DNA of 64,000 nucleotides from Faecalimonas sp. (GTDB lineage: Bacteria > Bacillota > Clostridia > Lachnospirales > Lachnospiraceae). This document shows positions 51,212 through 58,629 of the stretch, piece by piece; the stretch's first letter is position 1, and the number at the start of each line of letters is the position of its first letter. Location of the stretch: positions 3,248-67,247 of the forward strand of contig JAZOWZ010000067.1 in the NCBI GenBank assembly GCA_045659485.1, written 5' to 3'. The notes beneath the pieces were generated by a model that saw nothing but the letters and a program-made list of their open reading frames with translations, ran no database searches and was not told where the DNA came from. The translations under genes and the position numbers were made by a program.

Positions 51212-51273
51212 AGCAGTTCGGTCCGAAACGGAAGAAAGCCGTTTCGGATCTCGCTGCGCGAGACCGAACGGCT
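51212..51273. repeat. GC-rich branched palindrome (REP-like)
   Basis: GTTCGGTC / GACCGAAC outer stem enclosing CCGAAACGG..CCGTTTCGG and TCTCGC..GCGAGA. Confidence 0.6.
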
Positions 51274-51285
51274 CCCCCCCTGTTC

Positions 51286-51780
51286 TTAGTTCATTATCTC
51301 TTTCACTTGTTTTTTACTTGTAAGCCATACAACCTTCTCATCATACTTTCCCAACATGCTTTTAATCTCTTTCATATTTTTATTCTGAAATGTATCCGTC
51401 CATTTCAGCAACGAGCAAATGGATTTAAGTGTTTCTTTCTTACCTTTTTCTATTCCTAAAAATCTCTTTATAGAACGTTTTATAATACGGCTCTTGTATA
51501 AATATTTAGGCATGTCCAAAACATAAATTTTGTCCGCTTCTTCAAAACTTTGTTGAACCCAACTATAATACACGCCTTCAATAACCCACTCGCTTTGAGA
51601 TAAAATTTCCTGTAACAGTTGCGCCCTCTTTTCAACTGGCATTTTCACCCCGTAACTCTCTGAACTATTATCCCATTGAATATCGTCCAAATCAAAATGC
51701 GGTATGTTGTGTTTTGTAGCAAAAAATTTTGCCAAATAAGTTTTTCCCGTTCCACTACATCCAATAATATGTATTTTCAT
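51286..51780 (-). CDS. P-loop kinase, FlaR/adenylate-kinase-like
   Basis: IHIIGCSGTGKT, LDDIQW, WVIEG. Confidence 0.8.
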   Translation of the reverse strand: MKIHIIGCSGTGKTYLAKFFATKHNIPHFDLDDIQWDNSSESYGVKMPVEKRAQLLQEILSQSEWVIEGVYYSWVQQSFEEADKIYVLDMPKYLYKSRIIKRSIKRFLGIEKGKKETLKSICSLLKWTDTFQNKNMKEIKSMLGKYDEKVVWLTSKKQVKEIMN

Positions 51781-51811
51781 ACAACCTCCGTTTTGTTAGA
51801 CTCAGGCTACT

Positions 51812-52366
51812 CTATTGATAATCCTCGATAATATCAACAACTTCTATTTTACCACTAATAAGAGTTTCTTCCATATCTCCATTTGTTTCTCCCGACCAAT
51901 ACTGGTAAGCCTGTTGTAGTTTCTTATCAAAACTCTCTCCATTGACTTTTGGAAGCAACGCCGCATCTCCAGTAAAAGCCGGCTTATCTGTCTTCAATTT
52001 AACAATTTGCAGTACTTCACGATTATAACTTTCAAAATTTTCTTTCCACTTCATAGTCTCTTCTAATGTCTTACATACATAAAGGCAAGAGAATCTCGAC
52101 GGTAAATCGGAAAATGATTTTATCCTAACAAGTTCCGCAATGGTTTCTCGTACGGCTCGCGATTGGCAAAATACATATGAAGACACCACTTTTGTATTTT
52201 CTTTCGCATCGCCATCATTCAACACATCGAAAACATCTCTCCCATCCTCGGTTCTCTCTTCGCGTTCCATCCAGAACTTGTACAATCTATTATGTTCACC
52301 ATTGCTAAAGTCAATAATTTGTCCTTTGTACATTGGAATTCTAGTTACAAGGTGATAATATTCCAT
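51812..52366 (-). CDS. DUF2441-like protein
   Basis: YYH..., RE-IAELVR..F..PSRFSCLY, A.QYW-G...E-LI-G. Confidence 0.65.
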   Translation of the reverse strand: MEYYHLVTRIPMYKGQIIDFSNGEHNRLYKFWMEREERTEDGRDVFDVLNDGDAKENTKVVSSYVFCQSRAVRETIAELVRIKSFSDLPSRFSCLYVCKTLEETMKWKENFESYNREVLQIVKLKTDKPAFTGDAALLPKVNGESFDKKLQQAYQYWSGETNGDMEETLISGKIEVVDIIEDYQ

Positions 52367-52418
52367 AACATCATCCTCCGCTTTGTCATCTTATAACTGT
52401 TTAATTTTAATAACATTG

Positions 52419-52931
52419 CTAATATATATTTTTCAAGTATTTTCTAACCTGCTTTCGATTTTTGAAAACAACCACATCTATATTATTGGATATATTTAAC
52501 AAGTCATAATAATTCTTACGATGTTCCCTATTAAATCTCAACACATTACGATATAGCGCAATCTTATTTGTATCAAAACGTTCAATGCACACACCTCCCA
52601 TATCAGCCCTTGTCTTCCCATAGTTTACAATAATTCTTTTGGTAATACCCCAAAGACATCTAATTACATGAAAGTCAAAGTAAAATACGGTATCACAGTA
52701 TTTCATGCGATGTGAAATTGTTCTATTGAAATTCCCATCTATAATCCACTCTGATTTTTCCAATTCTTTCTGCAACAGACAATCAAATTCTTCTCTTGAT
52801 AGATGTTGCCAGTTATCACGCCAATATATTTTATCAAGATGAACAAGTGGAAGATTCAATTTTAAAGCAAGTTCATTTGCAAATGTTGTCTTACCTGCAC
52901 CTGCATTACCTATTATTAAAACTCTTTTCAT
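52419..52931 (-). CDS. P-loop kinase, FlaR/topology-modulation-protein-like
   Basis: IIGNAGAGKTT, HLDKIYW, WIIDGN, R-DMG..C-ER. Confidence 0.82.
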   Translation of the reverse strand: MKRVLIIGNAGAGKTTFANELALKLNLPLVHLDKIYWRDNWQHLSREEFDCLLQKELEKSEWIIDGNFNRTISHRMKYCDTVFYFDFHVIRCLWGITKRIIVNYGKTRADMGGVCIERFDTNKIALYRNVLRFNREHRKNYYDLLNISNNIDVVVFKNRKQVRKYLKNIY

Positions 52932-52993
52932 GGCAGTCTATTATCTCTGCAAAATCATCATGTTTTCTATTCTCTTTCTCTGCAGATTCTAAT

Positions 52994-53635
52994 CTATACA
53001 ATGTTTAGTATATCCTCTATCTTTTCAACAATATAATCCGCTCCCGCGTTTTCCAGTTCCTCATAATTTCCATACCCATAAAGAACCCCGACACAAGCCA
53101 CTCCAACCTTTTTTGCACCTATCACATCATGCTCTCTATCTCCAACCATAAGCACTTTTGTTTTGTCTATAATAACATTTCTCTCAAGTAAAGATGTTAT
53201 AACTTCGTCCTTATTTATTTTGCTTCCATCAAGATTTGACCCTACAATATCAGTAAATAAATGAGCAATCCCCCAGTGTTCCAGAATCTGCTTTGCAAAC
53301 ACTTCTGGTTTAGATGTTGCAACAAATAGTCTTTTTCCCTCTTCTGACAATTGCACAAGCGTCTTTTCAGCATTTGCGTACAAAGGTGCCTCAAAGATGC
53401 CTTTTTCTCTGTAGTAGATTCGATAATTTGCAATTGCCTCTTTCGCACCTTCTTTATCGAAACCATAATATTTCATAAACGATTCATCCAGCGGAGGTCC
53501 TACAAACGCCTTCAATTTTTCCTTGTCTGTTTCTTGAATTCCCATTTTATCCAATGCAAAGATTACAGAATTAGTAATTCCCTCTGCTGATTCTGTTAAC
53601 GTACCATCTAGGTCAAACAAAATAATATCGTACAT
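52994..53635 (-). CDS. HAD-superfamily hydrolase (5'-nucleotidase / PGP-like)
   Basis: FDLDGTL, FVGPPL, ATSKP, MVGDREHD. Confidence 0.9.
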   Translation of the reverse strand: MYDIILFDLDGTLTESAEGITNSVIFALDKMGIQETDKEKLKAFVGPPLDESFMKYYGFDKEGAKEAIANYRIYYREKGIFEAPLYANAEKTLVQLSEEGKRLFVATSKPEVFAKQILEHWGIAHLFTDIVGSNLDGSKINKDEVITSLLERNVIIDKTKVLMVGDREHDVIGAKKVGVACVGVLYGYGNYEELENAGADYIVEKIEDILNIV

Positions 53636-53689
53636 ATCACCACTCCTTACTTTATGTAATTATTGTCATAACACGAATTTCCCTTGTCT

Positions 53690-54192
53690 TTAAATAAATT
53701 TAGTTTTTACAAAACACGTCAACACCAGTCCCGGTTCCACTTCTTTTCGCATGCCGGTTTCTTTAAATCCAACGCTCTCATAACACTTTCTATTTTTCAC
53801 TAAATCCTCTGGAAAATCAACATAAAATATATTTGCCTCCGGAAATTCTTTCTCACACAGTAAGATGGCTGTTCGTGCTATCCCATTCCCCTGTCTTTCC
53901 GGTTTAATATAAATACGTTGTAAGTAATATACGCCTTCCTTCAGTTCATCAATAAAAGGAACTCTGCCCATACACTTATATGAAATTCCACCAACAATTT
54001 CCCCATCTTCCAGTATGGTAAAGTAACGAAAGAACGGTGTGTTTAAACGTTTCAGAATATCTTCGGTTCCTCGCAAAACGGATTTCCTTCATCATGATAT
54101 CTCGCATATAATGGCTCGAAGGCCTGCTTTTGTATCGCACATAACATCTCTGCATCTTGTTCTATTGTTGGTCTAATTGTTATCATAGTCAT
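53690..54192 (-). pseudogene. GNAT acetyltransferase split by a 1-nt frameshift at 54075-54078
   Basis: MTMITIRPTIEQDAEMLCAIQKQAFEPLYARYHDEGNP from 54192 joins LRGTEDI...RQGNGIA...YESVGF only if the T4 run is T5. Confidence 0.75.
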
Positions 54193-54200
54193 CTTCCTCC

Positions 54201-54989
54201 CTATTTCTTTCGAAACACATCCAATATATGATGTGTCACACCTACCATATCCGGTCTTTCACAGATATAGAAATGATATTTCAAATACAACTCAAACATT
54301 TCATCATCCATTGCATCTACAGTTTCCTTCATAAAGTTTGTGGCCATATCTGTCCCGAGATAATGCAAACGTTCTACATCAAACCTTGACATCAATTCGT
54401 CGATATCTTCCTTGCGATAAAGCACAAACAACTCTTTCTCTGTAGAAGTTCCCTTAAATGTCAAAGGGTCTACCAAAGCATGGAACTGTTCATCGCGAAT
54501 CATCCCTTTTTGAAAGCAGAATTTAATAATTGTAGCATCATTGTTGCAATATGCTGCAAATATGATTCCATTCTTTTTCGTGACTCGTACCGCCTCAGAT
54601 AACGCCTGCTCTTGGTCCTCTTTCGTATACAAATGATACATAGGTCCTAATAACAAAGTGATATCATAGGTTTCATTTTCAAAAGCAGACAAATCAATTG
54701 CATTCCCCTGACAAATTGTGACCTGCTCGTTTTCCTTCGTATTCTGTTTGAACACCTCTATGTTATGCTCTACCAGTTCCACTGCATCTACTTGATATCC
54801 CTTTTGGGCTAACGCATGGCTGTATCTTCCGGTTCCTGCTCCTATTTCAATAATTCGCATGCCTGGCTTCAAATACTTTTCAACATATCTCATTGTGGTC
54901 AGAAACTCTACTGAACCGTGACGTGATTGCAGTCTACCATCTTCATTGAAATTCTCATAATAACTTGTCAATATACTTTTCTGTTCCAT
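54201..54989 (-). CDS. class I SAM-dependent methyltransferase
   Basis: IEIGAGTGRYS, LLGPMYHL; start MEQKS with GGAGGAG RBS. Confidence 0.88.
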   Translation of the reverse strand: MEQKSILTSYYENFNEDGRLQSRHGSVEFLTTMRYVEKYLKPGMRIIEIGAGTGRYSHALAQKGYQVDAVELVEHNIEVFKQNTKENEQVTICQGNAIDLSAFENETYDITLLLGPMYHLYTKEDQEQALSEAVRVTKKNGIIFAAYCNNDATIIKFCFQKGMIRDEQFHALVDPLTFKGTSTEKELFVLYRKEDIDELMSRFDVERLHYLGTDMATNFMKETVDAMDDEMFELYLKYHFYICERPDMVGVTHHILDVFRKK

Positions 54990-55014
54990 ATCTTCTCCTC
55001 CATTCCTCTTTGAC

Positions 55015-55058
55015 AAAACAAAAATCGCACCAGACATTTCTATATGTCTAGTGCGATT
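55015..55058 (-). terminator. attenuator terminator upstream of the methyltransferase
   Basis: AATCGCACTAGACAT-ATAGAA-ATGTCTGGTGCGATT-TTTGTTTT. Confidence 0.75.
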
Positions 55059-55161
55059 ATTCTATGAGATACTTATCAAAAATAAATCTATTATTTACAT
55101 TCTCATTTATGCACAGACATATAAGACCTATCAACTTATAACTGTGCACGTTTGTCATCAG

Positions 55162-55224
55162 TTATAAGCAAATACGCCAATCATTCATGTATGTGACATA
55201 ATCTAAATGTAAATTACGATTCAT
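55162..55224 (-). CDS. putative leader peptide (20 aa) MNRNLHLDYVTYMNDWRICL
   Basis: AAAAAGGAG RBS; stop codon lies inside a hairpin; followed by an antiterminator and terminator. Confidence 0.6.
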   Translation of the reverse strand: MNRNLHLDYVTYMNDWRICL

Positions 55225-55353
55225 TTGGTTTCTCCTTTTTGTGATTTTTCATAACATTATCACTATAAATTATGTTTGTCAATAATTATTTTTCGGAGTG
55301 TTTCTCTAGCAGTCTGCAAGCACTAAAAAAAGGAAGCCCCATTTTACAGGAAC

Positions 55354-55497
55354 TAGCTACGAGCCGTGCTCACTCGAAAATGCTTCGCATTTCCTCATGC
55401 ACGGCTGTCGCCGAATAAAAAGGCATAAAAATAGTCGGTCTAGAGTGCATGCACTCTGACCGACATACTTTATACCTTTTTACTCTGCTCGTAGCTA
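55354..55497 (+). repeat. 144-bp palindromic repeat, copy 2
   Basis: TAGCTACGAGC...GCTCGTAGCTA perfect 11-bp terminal inverted repeat; 6 bp from the guaA stop. Confidence 0.9.
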
Positions 55498-55503
55498 ACG
55501 TGA

Positions 55504-56505
55504 CTATTCCCACTCAATCGTTCCGATTGGCTTCGGTGTTAAATCAAGAAGAACTCGGTTAATTCCCGGAACTTCATGTGTGATACGGTAGGTAATGTGA
55601 TGAAGGATTTCATATGGAATCTCTTCAATTGTTCCTGACATAGCATCTTTCGTATAGACCGCACGGATAATTGCTGGCCAACCTTCATAACGGCTTTCGT
55701 CTTTCACACCTACACTCTTAATATCTGGTACTGCAATAAAATATTGCCATACTTTTTCAGCAAGACCGTTCTTGTCGAACTCTTCACGCAAGATAGCATC
55801 TGCTTCACGAAGGGCTTCTAAACGATCACGAGTAATAGCTCCTAAACAACGAACACCAAGTCCAGGACCCGGGAATGGTTGACGATATACCATAGAATGT
55901 GGTAAGCCAAGAGCTTCCCCTACTACACGTACTTCATCTTTATATAAAAGTTTAATTGGTTCTACAAGTTCGAAATTAAGATCTTCTGGAAGTCCACCTA
56001 CGTTGTGATGAGATTTAACCGCTTTCTTTCCTTCAGCCGCATTGATCGATTCCAAAATATCTGGGTAGATAGTTGCTTGAGCGAGGAATGTAATATCTTC
56101 AAGTTTTCTTGCTTCTTCTGCAAAAACTGTGATGAATTCTTTACCGATAATTTTACGCTTGCGTTCTGGGTCTGACACACCTGCCAATAACCCTAAGAAA
56201 TGATCTGTTGCATCAACATAAATCAAGTTGGCATCTAAACCTTCTTGAAACATCTTGATAACACCCTCTGATTCATCTTTACGCATCAAACCATGGTTTA
56301 CGTGCACACAAACCAATTGTTTGCCAATTGCCTTAATCAAAAGTGCTGCAACAACTGAACTGTCAACACCACCTGAAAGTGCTAATAAAACTTTCTTATC
56401 TCCTACTTGCTCTTGCACCAATTTCACTTGTTCTGCGATAAATGCTTCTGCAAGTTCTGGTGTTGTGATACGTTCCATCGTATCTGGTCTCTTGTTAGAA
56501 TCCAT
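55504..56505 (-). CDS. guaA: GMP synthase, ATP-pyrophosphatase + dimerisation domains only (no GATase domain)
   Basis: ALSGGVDSSV, PERKRKIIG, KSHHNVGGLP, YKDEVR, PFPGPGL, KPIGTIEWE; 333 aa with its own AGGAGG RBS. Confidence 0.88.
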   Translation of the reverse strand: MDSNKRPDTMERITTPELAEAFIAEQVKLVQEQVGDKKVLLALSGGVDSSVVAALLIKAIGKQLVCVHVNHGLMRKDESEGVIKMFQEGLDANLIYVDATDHFLGLLAGVSDPERKRKIIGKEFITVFAEEARKLEDITFLAQATIYPDILESINAAEGKKAVKSHHNVGGLPEDLNFELVEPIKLLYKDEVRVVGEALGLPHSMVYRQPFPGPGLGVRCLGAITRDRLEALREADAILREEFDKNGLAEKVWQYFIAVPDIKSVGVKDESRYEGWPAIIRAVYTKDAMSGTIEEIPYEILHHITYRITHEVPGINRVLLDLTPKPIGTIEWE

Positions 56506-56589
56506 ACCCTATCCTCCTAGTTATATATAAGTAATATTATTATCTAATTCTTACAGAACAATTATAAAGAATGATTTTCTAGAAATCAA

Positions 56590-57240
56590 TTATTTTTTTA
56601 CACCTTTTTTGGGACAAATATCCTGTAAACAACATTTGTCACAATATGGACTTGTTCTTGCTGTACATACTGCACGCCCATGGTATACAAGGCGATGGCA
56701 GAAATCATTGCCTTCTTCTGGTGGAATGATTTTCCACAATGCCATCTCTACCTTTTTAGGTTCTTTGATATCGTTTACTAATCCCATACGATTTACCAAC
56801 CGAATACAGTGGGTATCTGTCACAATCGCTGGCTCACCAAACACATCACCCATGATGAGATTTGCGCTCTTTCTTCCCACTCCTGGGAGTGCCAAAAGTT
56901 CATCAAAAGTCTTTGGTACTTGGCAATTATATTGGTCTCGCAAAATCTTCATACAGGCGCTGATATCTTTCGCCTTACTTTTTCCAAGTCCACATGGTCT
57001 TACAATTGCTTCAATGTCATCCACCTCGGCTGCAGCCAACGCCTCCACATCCGGATATTTCTCATACAATTTTTCTACAATTACATTGACACGCTCATCG
57101 GTACACTGGGCTGCTAAACGTACACTGACAAGCAGTTTCCATGCCTCATCGTAGTCCAAGGAGCATTCTGCATCTGGATATTCTTGCCGAAGTCGCTCGA
57201 TAATCTCTAACGCCAATTTTTCTTTCTTCGTCTTAGCCAT
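56590..57240 (-). CDS. nth: endonuclease III
   Basis: L-AQCTDERVN, LPGVGRKSAN HhH, C-X6-C-X2-C-X5-C 4Fe-4S motif. Confidence 0.93.
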   Translation of the reverse strand: MAKTKKEKLALEIIERLRQEYPDAECSLDYDEAWKLLVSVRLAAQCTDERVNVIVEKLYEKYPDVEALAAAEVDDIEAIVRPCGLGKSKAKDISACMKILRDQYNCQVPKTFDELLALPGVGRKSANLIMGDVFGEPAIVTDTHCIRLVNRMGLVNDIKEPKKVEMALWKIIPPEEGNDFCHRLVYHGRAVCTARTSPYCDKCCLQDICPKKGVKK

Positions 57241-57787
57241 TCGTTTTTCTCGCTCCCAATTTCTTCCGTACATATGTCACTAAGTAGTATGCCGCAATGC
57301 TGGATAAATATCCAATAATTAATCCACCGAGTACATCTGTCGGATAATGAACTCCAACATACCATCTAGAAACAGAAATCAAACCAGCCAATACAAGTGC
57401 TGGAATTCCAAATTTCTTCGGTACCCATCTATAAAATGCAAACATCGCAGAAAACGATCCACTGGTATGTCCCGAAGGAAATGATCTGTATGCACTCACG
57501 TTTGCAATCAGTGGCTGAATCGCCTCATTGATCACATAAGGACGTGGTCTTGCAACCAAACCTTTCAATGTCAGATTTACGATGATAAAATTAATAATCA
57601 ACGATACCAACATAGTAAATCCAATCGGTCTTGTTTTCTTGAAAATCAATAGCAAAATACCCATTGCAATCCAAAGATATCCCTCATCACCAAGATGGGT
57701 AATGAAAACCCAAAGACCATCTAGCGGTCCTCTCAAATTTTCTTGAATCCATAAAATAATCGAAGCTTCAAATTGATTCATATCCAT
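57233..57787 (-). CDS. PAP2 family phosphatase
   Basis: K..VARPRP, SFPSGH, SRWYVGVHYPTDV. Confidence 0.9.
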   Translation of the reverse strand: MDMNQFEASIILWIQENLRGPLDGLWVFITHLGDEGYLWIAMGILLLIFKKTRPIGFTMLVSLIINFIIVNLTLKGLVARPRPYVINEAIQPLIANVSAYRSFPSGHTSGSFSAMFAFYRWVPKKFGIPALVLAGLISVSRWYVGVHYPTDVLGGLIIGYLSSIAAYYLVTYVRKKLGARKTNG

Positions 57788-57793
57788 CCTCCT

Positions 57794-57970
57794 TTATATC
57801 TGTTTTCTCACAATCTGATACTCGTCCCCGAACTGATAGTATGGACAATCTCTGTAATCTCCCTTGATAAAACGGTACATCTCATCCTCGTCCAGATTTT
57901 TGGTACAGACATAGTATTCATATTCTTCATCGTATTCATAATTCATACATGTTTCGCAGTTACTTGCCAT
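57794..57970 (-). CDS. small Cys-containing acidic protein (DUF6472-like, 58 aa)
   Basis: Missed by the ORF track: MASNCETCMNYEYDEEYEYYVCTKNLDEDEM...CPYYQFGDEYQIVRKQI. Confidence 0.75.
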   Translation of the reverse strand: MASNCETCMNYEYDEEYEYYVCTKNLDEDEMYRFIKGDYRDCPYYQFGDEYQIVRKQI

Positions 57971-58081
57971 TTTATCTTCTCTCCAAATGTTTCTAAATAT
58001 AACTTATTGTATCACAATGCCCTTGCCTTGACAAAGCATAATTCGCTTGTTATTCTTAAACTATCTTTAGGAGGAATCAAT

Positions 58082-58453
58082 ATGAAATTTGCTGTTAATG
58101 AATCCGCTGAAAATTATTTAGAAACCATATATACATTAAGCCAAAAGTTACCGGCTGTTCGCTCCGTGGACGTTGCCAACGAACTTGGCTTTAAAAAATC
58201 AAGTGTCAGCGTAGCTATGAAAAATCTTCGAGAAAAGAACCACATTGTGGTATCCGAAGAAGGACATCTTCAACTGACAGCTTCTGGCTTGGAAATCGCG
58301 CAAATGATTCACGAACGCCACGAACTTCTTGCCACATGGCTTACAAAATTAGGCGTTCCATCAGAAATTGCTTCTGAAGATGCCTGCAAATTGGAACACG
58401 TCTTGAGTGAAGAAAGTTTCGAAGCAATCAAAAAGCACGCACAATCCAACTAA
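58082..58453 (+). CDS. DtxR/MntR family metal-dependent regulator
   Basis: ESAENYLETI, SVS-AMK-L, ERHELL, DACKLEH; GGAGG RBS; TTGACA-17-TATTCT promoter. Confidence 0.9.
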   Translation: MKFAVNESAENYLETIYTLSQKLPAVRSVDVANELGFKKSSVSVAMKNLREKNHIVVSEEGHLQLTASGLEIAQMIHERHELLATWLTKLGVPSEIASEDACKLEHVLSEESFEAIKKHAQSN

Positions 58454-58472
58454 AAAATCAGGGTGTCTGAAA

Positions 58473-58628
58473 TCAGACACCCTTTCTTTTACAATGTTCA
58501 CTCATAGCGCAGCCACTACATCCGCCACCGCAACCACATTCTTTTCCTTTCTTATGGTTCCTTATCATAGAGTAAATGATCAACCCTACGATCATTCCCA
58601 ACACACTCAGCACAACGATATCACCCAT
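58473..58628 (-). CDS. FeoB-associated Cys-rich membrane protein (51 aa)
   Basis: Missed by the ORF track: MGDIVVLSVLGMIVGLIIYSMIRNHKKGKECGCGGGCSGC...; directly after feoB. Confidence 0.8.
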   Translation of the reverse strand: MGDIVVLSVLGMIVGLIIYSMIRNHKKGKECGCGGGCSGCAMSEHCKRKGV

Positions 58629-58629
58629 C

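Noticed and set aside
40143-55497. The 144-bp direct repeats as attL/attR of a guaA-integrated element
   Set aside because: They contain no guaA 3' coding sequence, are internally palindromic like REP/MITE elements, and no integrase is present.
57773-58081. N-terminal extension of the DtxR-family ORF
   Set aside because: Antisense to the small Cys-containing gene; promoter and RBS support a start at 58082.
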